64,000 bases of DNA. Origin: Anaerolineae bacterium (lineage in GTDB: Bacteria; Chloroflexota; Anaerolineae; B4-G1; DUEL01). The translations under genes and the position numbers were made by a program. The stretch lies in NCBI GenBank assembly GCA_016931695.1, contig JAFGEI010000148.1:11394-75393 (forward strand). Reading direction: 5' to 3'. Below, in pieces: positions 1 through 8,596 of this stretch; within the stretch, counting starts at the first letter, position 1, and every line of letters begins with the position of its first letter. The notes under the pieces were generated by a model, which was not told where the DNA came from, searched no databases, and was given only the letters and a program-made list of their open reading frames with translations.

Positions 1-834
1 ACTTGCGGCCGCGTTCCGATCCATTGCCGTGCGCAGGCGCCGATATTCGGCGGTTGTGGCGTATCGCCGCAGTTCCTCGATGCGTCGGACGGTCATTGGG
101 TGGGTGCCCAGGACCTCGCCCAGGCCGCTTAAAAAGTGATCGTCCTCCGCTTCGATCCGTGCCACGACTTGCTCTAGTTTCTTTTTTGACATCACTTCTG
201 CCCCCGCTCCGGCTTCCAGCTTGACCAATGCGGAAATCGCCTTGCGCGGGTTGCCGCAGGCCAGCATGCCCGCCCGGTCGGCTGAAAACTCGCAGGCGCG
301 GTTCCACCACAGGAAGGCAATGTTCAAAACGATCGAGGCGGCAAACGGGCTGGGAATCCCGGCCATTCCTCCGACCAACGAGTTGAGCCAGGTGTGGCCG
401 AGGCTGACGTGCCCCAACTCGTGTCCCAGGATGAAGCGAATCTCGTCGGCGTCCATCGCTTCCAGGATGGGGAACTGCAGTACGACCACTTTGGGCGAGG
501 AAAGGCCAAAGGTGTAGGCATTCATCTCCCGGCTCGCGGCGACAAAGACCTGGACCGGGCCGGGCTGGAGTCGATCGACCGATTCCTGGACCAGCGCGGC
601 CAGTGCCGAATTGTTCTGGGGAGTGACCGGATAGGCCTTTTCCAGCAAGGATTGGTGGTGGGAGCGGGTCATGAGAAATGACAGCGCCAACATGGCGGCG
701 ACAAAAATGACGCTCAAGCAGACCGTCGCCGTGGCCGTCACTGCGATGACCAGGAGAACCATGAGCAAGGTGAGGGCCAGGATCACCTGTTCGTGGGGAT
801 ATCGATAGGTGGTTGTACGGAAAACTTTGCGCAT
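1..834 (-). CDS. M48-family zinc metallopeptidase (HtpX/Ste24-like), 3' end runs off the window
   Basis: Manual translation from ATG at 834 (AGGGAG RBS upstream): MRKVFRTTTYRYPHEQVILALTLL... with N-terminal TM helices, NAYTFG, FILGHELGH (HExxH), EFSADR and THP..RI motifs. No stop before base 1, so it is missing from the ORF track. Confidence 0.85.
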   Translation of the reverse strand, partial: MRKVFRTTTYRYPHEQVILALTLLMVLLVIAVTATATVCLSVIFVAAMLALSFLMTRSHHQSLLEKAYPVTPQNNSALAALVQESVDRLQPGPVQVFVAASREMNAYTFGLSSPKVVVLQFPILEAMDADEIRFILGHELGHVSLGHTWLNSLVGGMAGIPSPFAASIVLNIAFLWWNRACEFSADRAGMLACGNPRKAISALVKLEAGAGAEVMSKKKLEQVVARIEAEDDHFLSGLGEVLGTHPMTVRRIEELRRYATTAEYRRLRTAMDRNAAAS

Positions 835-961
835 TGGCAGCGTCGCTCCCTTGTCAGTGTGTAGGGGAGGGCAGTTCGGCTTCCCTCCCCGGCTTGTATT
901 GTAACGGATTTTCGCCGCCCTGTCCAATTCTGCGCTCAAATTCTGGACTGAGTCTGGAGGA

Positions 962-2737
962 ATGAAAATGAGATCGCAATCCCTTTCGCTCGTTTTATTG
1001 TTGCTTTCCTCGGCCATTTGCGCCTCTCCTGTGCCGGGCACGCCGCCTGTCGAGCCGCCTGTTCTCTCTTCCCCCTTGCCCCCGACGGCCCTTGCGTCAC
1101 CTCTCCCGTCCCAGCTTGCCACCTACTATGTCCGCCCGGACGGCGGGACGCCGGAGCAGTGTACGGGCCTGGTCGACGCGCCCTATCCCGGCAGCGGGAC
1201 CTCCCAGCCTTGTGCCTGGGATCATCCCTTCCGCGCCCTGCCGCCGGGAGGGACGCCGCGCATCGCCGGGGGCGATACCCTGGTCATTGGCTCTGGCGAT
1301 TATCGCATGGGCTACGGCGCGCCCGGTGCGGACGCCTGCGACGCCGACTATCCGTGGGATTGCCGCATGCCGCCCATCCCGGCCGGCCTCGACGCTGCCC
1401 ATCCCACGCGCATCCTCGGCGTTGGTTGGGACAGCGGCTGCGACAATGCTCCCGAGCTGTGGGGCGCCGAGCGCGCCGACGCCGTCATCGACCTGACCGG
1501 CGCCGACCACGTCGAGATTGGCTGCCTGGAGATCACCGATCACTCCGGCTGTGTCGAGTTTCACACCGGCGGCCTGGCCTGCGAGCGGGATCGCTACCCC
1601 TATGGCGACTGGGCTGCCGACGGCATTTACGCCGAGGACGCCACAGACGTCTATTTGCACCACCTCGACGTTCACGGCTTTGCCGCTGCTGGCATCCGCG
1701 CCGGTCGGCTGGCGGATTGGACGGTGGAGGACGTGCGCATCGCCGGCAACGGCTGGGTCGGTTGGGAGGGCGATATCGGCGACAGCGCCAACTCGGGCAC
1801 GCTGATCTTTCGCCGCTGGACGGTAGAGTGGAACGGCTGCGCCGAGACCTACCCCGGCGGCGAACCAGCCGGCTGTTGGAGCCAGTCGGCCGGCGGCTAT
1901 GGCGACGGCGTCGGCACAGGCGATACCGGAGGGAACTGGATCATTGAGGATTCCGCCTTTTTGCACAACACTTCCGATGGCCTCGACCTGCTCTACTTGC
2001 GCGAGGGGACGACCTCGGTCGTCATCCGCCGCACGATTGCCGAGGGGAACGCCGGAAACCAGATCAAGGTCAATGGGCCGGCGCAAATCGAGAACGCGAT
2101 CATTGTCGGCAACTGCGGTTATTTTGATGGGCAGCCCTTTACCTACGACGTCGACAACTGCCGTGCTTATGGCAACGCCCTGGCGCTCACCCTGCGGCCT
2201 GGTGACGGGGCCAGCCTGGCCAACAACAGTCTCGCCAGCGAGGGGGACTGCCTGGTGGAGGTGATCTGCGAGGGGGACTGCAATGGCTCAGAGGTCGCCT
2301 GGATGCGCAACAACATTTTCGTCGGCCACGCCGACTTTTTACAGCCTTCCGAGCAGAGCTGTCTGGTCTATCACGAGGGTTTTCCGGGCGATCCGCTGGA
2401 CATTGACTATTCGGTCATCACCGGCACCAAGAACACGCCCCCATGCCCGGGGCCGCACGATCTGTGTGGAATCGATCCCGCACTGGTCGATTGCTCGATC
2501 GACGGTTTCGACGCTCACCTGCAGGCGGGCAGCCCGGCGATCGACGCTGGGACGACCGACGGCGCGCCGCTCGACGATTTCGACCGCCGCTCCCGCGATG
2601 CCCAGCCCGACATTGGCGCCTACGAGTGGTGGGAGGCGTCGGCGCGCTGTTACCTGCCTTTTCAGGCGCTCGCCCCGCTCGCTACAAGGCTCTCATCGCT
2701 GTTTCCTTCTTGCCCTTCCTCCCTAATGCCCGTATAA
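962..2737 (+). CDS. Secreted right-handed parallel beta-helix protein with C-terminal choice-of-anchor-Q-like segment
   Basis: Signal peptide, Pro-rich linker, TYYVRPDG start motif, repeated Gly/Asn/Asp beta-helix turns, C-terminal HLQAGSPAIDAG...PDIGAYE; GGAGG RBS. Confidence 0.75.
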   Translation: MKMRSQSLSLVLLLLSSAICASPVPGTPPVEPPVLSSPLPPTALASPLPSQLATYYVRPDGGTPEQCTGLVDAPYPGSGTSQPCAWDHPFRALPPGGTPRIAGGDTLVIGSGDYRMGYGAPGADACDADYPWDCRMPPIPAGLDAAHPTRILGVGWDSGCDNAPELWGAERADAVIDLTGADHVEIGCLEITDHSGCVEFHTGGLACERDRYPYGDWAADGIYAEDATDVYLHHLDVHGFAAAGIRAGRLADWTVEDVRIAGNGWVGWEGDIGDSANSGTLIFRRWTVEWNGCAETYPGGEPAGCWSQSAGGYGDGVGTGDTGGNWIIEDSAFLHNTSDGLDLLYLREGTTSVVIRRTIAEGNAGNQIKVNGPAQIENAIIVGNCGYFDGQPFTYDVDNCRAYGNALALTLRPGDGASLANNSLASEGDCLVEVICEGDCNGSEVAWMRNNIFVGHADFLQPSEQSCLVYHEGFPGDPLDIDYSVITGTKNTPPCPGPHDLCGIDPALVDCSIDGFDAHLQAGSPAIDAGTTDGAPLDDFDRRSRDAQPDIGAYEWWEASARCYLPFQALAPLATRLSSLFPSCPSSLMPV

Positions 2738-2738
2738 T
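2710..2738 (+). promoter_or_regulatory. Putative sigma70 promoter of the mre11 operon
   Basis: TTGCCC (2710-2715), 17 bp spacer, TATAAT (2733-2738), about 35 bp upstream of the ATG at 2772. Confidence 0.55.
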
Positions 2739-2771
2739 TGTCGTCGTCGTTACTTGGCCGGAAGGGTTCCA

Positions 2772-4046
2772 ATGCGTTTCATTCACGCTGCCGATTTTCA
2801 CCTGGGCTACCAGCAGTACGGCTCGAAGGATCGCTTTAACGATTTCAGCCGTGCCTTTTTGCACGTCGTCGAGCAGGCGGTTGACCGACAGGTTGATTTC
2901 GTCCTGCTGGCAGGCGACTTGTTCGAAAAGCGCACCGTCGAGCCGCTGGCGATGCGCGTCGCCGTCGACGGCCTGGATGCGCTGCGCGGGGCAGGAATCC
3001 CGGTCGTTGCCATCGAGGGCAATCACGAACGGCCTTATTATGGCGACCAGTACTCGTGGGTCGATTTTCTCGATGGCCTGGGCTATTTCCGCCTGCTGAC
3101 CCCCCGTTTCGAGGAGGGGCGGGCCATTCTGGAACCCCACGGCGATGCGGGAGGTGCGTACGTCGATCTACCCAGCGGGGTTCGCATCTATGGTATCAAG
3201 TACTATGGTGCGGCCATCGGGCGCGTCGTCCGGCTCTTTGCCGAGGCCCTGGCCGAGATGGATCACGGTGGGGTGGATTTCGTCATCCTGGCCGTTCACG
3301 CCGGACTGGAGGGGCAGATGCCCCGTTACTCGGGCACCCTTGCTCTAAACGACCTGGCCCCGCTGAAAGAGTTCGTCGACTACCTGGCTATGGGCCACAT
3401 TCACAAGCCTTACGCGGTGGATGGCTGGATCTATAACCCCGGTTCGCCCGAGACCTGCAGCATGGAAGAAGTGGCGTGGCCGGAGCGGGGCTATTACCTG
3501 GTCGATGCGAGGCCCGGGCAAGAGCCGACGCACCGGGCCGAGCTGATTGTCCCGCCGCGCCGCCCGTTCTACAGCCTGCCGCTGGAGGTTGATACGCTGA
3601 CTCGGCCGGAGGTGCTTTATGCGGCGGTGCAGGAGCTGATTCGCGGCCGCGGCGACGAGGTCGATCCCCATTCCCGCCCCGTGGTCGAGCTGGTCCTGAA
3701 AGGCGTGCTTTCCTTTAACCGCGCCGACCTCGACCTGGACCACGTCCAGGATTTGCTGGACAAAGCCTGGACGCCGTTGATCAAGCCGCGGGTGCGCAAC
3801 CAGACTCGTCCGGCCGAGTTCGAGATGGTCGTCGAGGCCAAGACCGGCCGCCGCGACCTGGAACGCGCGGTCCTGCGCGAGCTGGTCGGGCAGGACCAGC
3901 GCTATCGCCTGGCTGCCGACGCCTGGACCCGCGTCGCCCTGGAGGTGAAGCGATTGTCGCTGGAGGGCGCGGCCCCAGAAGCGGTGATCGACCTGCTGCG
4001 CCAGTCGCAGGCCGACCTGCTCCCTGAAGAGAAGGAAGCGGGCTGA
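2772..4046 (+). CDS. mre11: Mre11/SbcD-family DNA repair exonuclease (metallophosphoesterase)
   Basis: MRFIHAADFHLG, LLAGDLFE, IEGNHE, MGHIH and YNPGS phosphoesterase motifs; stop overlaps the start of the Rad50 gene. Confidence 0.92.
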   Translation: MRFIHAADFHLGYQQYGSKDRFNDFSRAFLHVVEQAVDRQVDFVLLAGDLFEKRTVEPLAMRVAVDGLDALRGAGIPVVAIEGNHERPYYGDQYSWVDFLDGLGYFRLLTPRFEEGRAILEPHGDAGGAYVDLPSGVRIYGIKYYGAAIGRVVRLFAEALAEMDHGGVDFVILAVHAGLEGQMPRYSGTLALNDLAPLKEFVDYLAMGHIHKPYAVDGWIYNPGSPETCSMEEVAWPERGYYLVDARPGQEPTHRAELIVPPRRPFYSLPLEVDTLTRPEVLYAAVQELIRGRGDEVDPHSRPVVELVLKGVLSFNRADLDLDHVQDLLDKAWTPLIKPRVRNQTRPAEFEMVVEAKTGRRDLERAVLRELVGQDQRYRLAADAWTRVALEVKRLSLEGAAPEAVIDLLRQSQADLLPEEKEAG

Positions 4047-6748
4047 TGCGGATCGTGCAGATCGACCTGGAGAACGTCAAGAGCTACTGCCAGGCCAGCG
4101 TTTCGTTTGTTCCCGGCACAAACGCCATCTGCGGCCCCAACGGCGCGGGCAAAAGCACGCTGCTGGAGGCGGTCGGTTTTGTCCTCTTTGACTTTTTGCT
4201 CATGACCCAGGCCCAGTTCGTCCGCGAGGGGGAAAAGGTGGCCTCTGTCGTCGTGCACCTGGCGGACCAGGATGGGCGGATTTACCAGGTGGTGCGCAAG
4301 TGCGGCAGCTATCATCAGTACTATGTCTATGACCCCGAGATCGAGCAAAAGCTGGCAGACGGCAAGGGCGAGGTGCTGGCCTGGTTGTACCAGTTCATGG
4401 ACGTGGAAGAGTCTGTCGACCTGGCGGCTCTTTTCCGCGATGCGGTCGGCGTGCCCCAGGGGCTGCTGACGGCGGTCTTTTTAGACAAGGCGAGCAACCG
4501 CAAGAACACCTTCAACCCCCTCCTGCGCGTCGACGAGTACGAGAGGGCGTGGCAGGCGCTGCGGGAACCCCGCCGGGCGCTGGAGATAGAGATTGGCGTC
4601 CAGGAGCGGCGGATCGCTGCGCTGGAAGCGGAGGCCCGCGCGCTGCCGGGTTGGCAGCAAAAGGTCGCCAGCCTGGAGGCGCAGATTGAAGCGGACGAGG
4701 GACGCCAGATTCAACTGCAGGACGAGCTGGCAGTTGTCGTGCAGCGCAAAACGGCGCTGGATGCGGCCAGGGAGCACATGGAAGAACTGCGACAGGCGGT
4801 GCTGCAGGCCGAGGCGAGCGTTGCGGCGTTGGCAGCACAGCGCTCGGCGGCGCTGGCGGCGGCGGAGCGGGCCCGCGCGGCCCAGGCCGTGGTAGCGGAA
4901 ACCACCGCCGCTTACCAGGCTTACGAGTTGGCCCATTCAGAGTTGGAGCAGCTGGAGCAGCAGCGGGAGGAGCGGGATCGCCTGGCGACCGCGCTGCGGG
5001 ATCGAGAGGCGGAGCTGGCCCTGGTCCGGCAGAGAATCGAGAGGCTGGAGGCGGATATGGCCGCTGTTGCCGCCGCCGAAGCGGAACTCGAGGCGCTGCA
5101 CCCGCGGGTCAAAGAGCAGGAGCGGCTGGAGGAGGCGCTGGCGGATACCCGTCGCGCCGCCGAGCGCCTGTTCCGTGTCGAGCAGGAGCTGGCGGATGCC
5201 CAATCCTTCCTGGTCGACGAGGAGCAAAGGCTGCTGGAGGCTCAGGAGGGCTTGGCCGAACGCCAGCAGATCGAGCACGAGCGCGAGTCCTTGCGCCAGG
5301 AGCTGGCGGCGCTGGACGAGCAGCGCGACAAGTTGGCGCTGCGGGCCGCCGCGCTGCGCGCAGAGGGGGAGCAGTTGGCTGCTCGGATCGCCGCGCTGGA
5401 ACAGGCGGAAGGGGCGCGCTGCCCGCTTTGCGAAGGCCCGCTGACGGCTGCGCATCGCGCCGAGATATTGGAGCGCGATCGCCTGCGGCAGGAAACGGCA
5501 CAGGCCGCGCTGGCCGAGGTGGAGGCGGCCCAGGAGCGGGCGGAGGTGGAGCGTGCGCAGCGGCGAGAAACCCTGCGTTCCCTGGAAGAGCGGCTGGTGA
5601 CGCTTCCCCGCCCGGCTGAGGTGGAGGGGCTGGAGGGGCGGGTTGAGATGCAGCGCGCAGCCGCGCTCCAGGCCGAGGGGGCAGTGACTGAGCTGAGGGA
5701 GGCGCCGGCCGACGTGGAGCGTTTGGCAGCTCAAGTGGACGCCTTGGGCGACCCGCGCCGCGCCGTCCAGCGGGCGTCCGACGTGGCAGCGCGGCGCGCG
5801 CCGCTGCAGGAGCAGTTGGTCGCAGCCGGCGAAGGGAGCGCCGTGCTAACAGGGCAGATTGCTGACCTCGCGGGCTGCCTGGCGGCCTATGCCGGCCTGG
5901 ACGAGCGGCACCGGGAGGTTCGCGCGCTGCTCGATAGGCACGAGGCAGCGCACCGCCGCTACCTGTCGCACTTCCGGGAGGCGGAGGTGCTGTCGGAGCG
6001 GCAGAGCCAGGTCGCCGCGCTGACGCAGGAGCTGGAAGCGCTGCAGGATGATCTGCTTACCCTCTCCGCCGAGCGCGACGAGGCCGCCGCAGCCTACGAC
6101 GCCCCGGCCTACGCCCGGCTTGTCACCGCGTACGACGACCTGCGCGGCGAGGCCGCGGCCTTGGAAGAGCGGGTGCGCCAGCAGCAGGCCCAGCTCGCAG
6201 CGGCCTTGGCCGAGGTGACGCGGCTGCTGGCCGTGCACGTTGAACTGGAGGAGGCCCGCGGCGCGCGCCAGGAGCTGGAACAGTTGCTATCGCTGCTGGA
6301 GGTCGTGCGCCGGGTGTTGCGAGACGCTGGCCCGCTTGTGACCCGCGCCCTGGTGGCGGCTATCTCGCTCCAGGCGGCCCGCCTCTACACCGACATTATG
6401 GGCGACTATGCCGCGCGCCTCCGTTGGAGCGAGGATTACGAGATCATCCTGACTGCCGGCGGCCGGGAGCGGACGTTTCAACAGTTGTCTGGCGGCGAGC
6501 AGATGGCGGCTGCCCTGGCGGTGCGCCTGGCCCTCCTGCGTGAGGTCTCGTCCATCGACCTGGCCTTTTTCGACGAGCCGACGGCCAACCTGGACGACTA
6601 TCGCCGGGATAACCTGGCGGAGCAGATCATGAACGTGCGCGGCCTTTCGCAGCTCTTTGTCATCAGTCACGACGATACCTTTGAGCGGGATACCGACCAC
6701 GTCGTGCGGGTGACCAAGGAAAAAGGCAGCAGCCGGGTCGTAGCTTGA
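4046..6748 (+). CDS. rad50: Rad50/SbcC SMC-like ATPase
   Basis: Walker A GPNGAGKS, long coiled coil with central CPLC zinc hook, LSGGE signature, FFDEPT Walker B, ISHD. Confidence 0.93.
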   Translation: MRIVQIDLENVKSYCQASVSFVPGTNAICGPNGAGKSTLLEAVGFVLFDFLLMTQAQFVREGEKVASVVVHLADQDGRIYQVVRKCGSYHQYYVYDPEIEQKLADGKGEVLAWLYQFMDVEESVDLAALFRDAVGVPQGLLTAVFLDKASNRKNTFNPLLRVDEYERAWQALREPRRALEIEIGVQERRIAALEAEARALPGWQQKVASLEAQIEADEGRQIQLQDELAVVVQRKTALDAAREHMEELRQAVLQAEASVAALAAQRSAALAAAERARAAQAVVAETTAAYQAYELAHSELEQLEQQREERDRLATALRDREAELALVRQRIERLEADMAAVAAAEAELEALHPRVKEQERLEEALADTRRAAERLFRVEQELADAQSFLVDEEQRLLEAQEGLAERQQIEHERESLRQELAALDEQRDKLALRAAALRAEGEQLAARIAALEQAEGARCPLCEGPLTAAHRAEILERDRLRQETAQAALAEVEAAQERAEVERAQRRETLRSLEERLVTLPRPAEVEGLEGRVEMQRAAALQAEGAVTELREAPADVERLAAQVDALGDPRRAVQRASDVAARRAPLQEQLVAAGEGSAVLTGQIADLAGCLAAYAGLDERHREVRALLDRHEAAHRRYLSHFREAEVLSERQSQVAALTQELEALQDDLLTLSAERDEAAAAYDAPAYARLVTAYDDLRGEAAALEERVRQQQAQLAAALAEVTRLLAVHVELEEARGARQELEQLLSLLEVVRRVLRDAGPLVTRALVAAISLQAARLYTDIMGDYAARLRWSEDYEIILTAGGRERTFQQLSGGEQMAAALAVRLALLREVSSIDLAFFDEPTANLDDYRRDNLAEQIMNVRGLSQLFVISHDDTFERDTDHVVRVTKEKGSSRVVA

Positions 6749-6804
6749 CGTAGAAACATGAAAAAGCTGTCACCGCTCCTCGGGACGATAGGTTGGGGGG
6801 AAAA

Positions 6805-7986
6805 GTGCTTCATCGTGAAAAAGTGATCGCCGCCCTGGCAGCCAAGGCCGACCGCTTTGTCGGCTACGAGGCGGAGTTGAGCGAGGCGCTGGACGTCTAC
6901 GAAGAGGCCCTGGCCGAACTGGCTCAGCTCAGCTGCGCCGACGTGGCGGCGCGCCTGGGCGACCTGCCCTGGCCTGGCGCCCGACCCACCGTCGAGCACG
7001 ACCGGCACCCGCGTCTCGCCGTGCCCTTTGCGCCCTGTTGGACCAACCACCAGCAGGCGCGGGCGTGGGCGATGGAGGTGCTAAAGGGCCGCCCGACGGT
7101 CGCCGTCGACGGCTCCCAGATCACCCCCAGCCGCGATCTCTCGATCCCGCTGGGTGCGGTGCAGGTTGGGTGGTTTGCCAATCCCCATCACGAGGATCGC
7201 CGCTACGTGAAGGACGTCAGCTTTGAGGTGCTCCCTCCTGACGAGTTGGCGGACGTGGGGCGCGAGGTGTTTGGCTTTCCCGATTGGCAGGTCAACGCCC
7301 GCCGCTTTGTCGGCGAATGTCAAAAGCTGGTGGAGGTGATGGAGGCAGCCCGCGATGCGCCGCTCAAGCCGATCTGTTTCTTTGACGGCTCGCTGATCGT
7401 TTCTTTCGTGGAGCACATGCTGCCGGAGCGGCAAGAGACGTACCTCGAGGCGGTGACCGGGATGCTGGCTGCCTCCGAGAGCTGCCGCGTGCCACTGGTG
7501 GGCTATGTCGACACCAGCTATGCCGGCGACCTGGCCGCAATGCTCGACGCCTTGCTGGGGCGGACGGCCCGCCAACGCATCAGCGACGGGGCCCTGCTCC
7601 GCTCCCGGCTTCAATGGGGCCAGCGGACTACTGCCTGGGTTGCGGCCCGCGATGACCAGGTGCGGCCCCTGGCAGGCGGCAAGTATTACGAACGGGTCGT
7701 CTTTCTCTACCTCAAGACCGCCGCCGACCGTCCGCCAGCCCGCCTCGACCTGCCCCGCTGGTTGCTGGAGGCGGGGGAATTGGAGCAGGTGATGGACGTC
7801 GTGCGGGCAGAGTGCATCGTTGGCAACGGCTATCCCTATGCCGCCGAGGCGGCCGACGCGGTGGCAGTGATTACGGTGCAAGATCGAGAACGGTTCTACC
7901 GCGTGTTTCAAGAATTTGCAGCGCAGCAGGGTATCCCGCTGTGGTTTTCGCGCAAGGCAGCCAGCAAGCGCAGGCGGCGGGTGTAG
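6805..7986 (+). CDS. nurA: NurA-family 5'-3' nuclease
   Basis: VAVDGSQI, FFDGSL and GNGYPYA...AD..AVIT motifs of NurA; lies between rad50 and herA. GTG start at 6805 is inferred. Confidence 0.85.
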   Translation: MLHREKVIAALAAKADRFVGYEAELSEALDVYEEALAELAQLSCADVAARLGDLPWPGARPTVEHDRHPRLAVPFAPCWTNHQQARAWAMEVLKGRPTVAVDGSQITPSRDLSIPLGAVQVGWFANPHHEDRRYVKDVSFEVLPPDELADVGREVFGFPDWQVNARRFVGECQKLVEVMEAARDAPLKPICFFDGSLIVSFVEHMLPERQETYLEAVTGMLAASESCRVPLVGYVDTSYAGDLAAMLDALLGRTARQRISDGALLRSRLQWGQRTTAWVAARDDQVRPLAGGKYYERVVFLYLKTAADRPPARLDLPRWLLEAGELEQVMDVVRAECIVGNGYPYAAEAADAVAVITVQDRERFYRVFQEFAAQQGIPLWFSRKAASKRRRRV

Positions 7987-7999
7987 GAGGAGCAGCGGT

Positions 8000-8596
8000 A
8001 TGCGGATCGGCAAGTTGGTCAAGTCTAATTCCCACGTCGACTATGTCTGCCAGGTCTATGGCCCGGGCGAGGTCGAAAAGCCCCCCGCTCCCGCGGCGTA
8101 TGCTCTGGGCGCCTTTGTCCGCGTCCCCCTGGAGGGCGGCGGCAACCTGGTGGGCCTGGTCCACGACACGGTTTTGCTCAACCCGGATTTCGGCAGCCTG
8201 GGCCCACGTCTCTCCCCCGCGCCTGACCTGGCTGTCTTTTCGCCCGATTACCTGGCGGAACAGGCGACCCTGGTCGGCATCATCGCCGTGGGGATGATCG
8301 ATCCCGGCGGTGCGGTGACCCAGGGCCTGCCGCCCCTGGCGGCCCAGATCGACAGCCTAGTGGAGCGGATGGACGACGACGCGGTGCGCGCCTTTCATCG
8401 CGCGCCGGATGGCGGGGTTCGCCTGGAATACGCGCCGCTGCTGCTGGCCCTGGGCGGCCCGCTGGCGCGCCACCTGCTGCTCCGCCTCGTTGACCGTTTG
8501 GCTGCGCTCTTTCCGGACCAGGCCGCGCCCCTCGCCGTCCTGCGCGGCGAGCTGGCCTGGCAGGCGGTCGTCGGGCCGGTGGGAGGTGGATCGTGA
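8000..8596 (+). CDS. Conserved small protein, probable stand-alone HAS-barrel partner of HerA
   Basis: AGGAGG RBS; MRIGKLVKSNSHVDYVCQVY...LGAFVRV...LVGLVHD beta-rich pattern resembling the HerA N-terminal barrel; overlaps the herA start by 4 bp. Confidence 0.6.
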   Translation: MRIGKLVKSNSHVDYVCQVYGPGEVEKPPAPAAYALGAFVRVPLEGGGNLVGLVHDTVLLNPDFGSLGPRLSPAPDLAVFSPDYLAEQATLVGIIAVGMIDPGGAVTQGLPPLAAQIDSLVERMDDDAVRAFHRAPDGGVRLEYAPLLLALGGPLARHLLLRLVDRLAALFPDQAAPLAVLRGELAWQAVVGPVGGGS

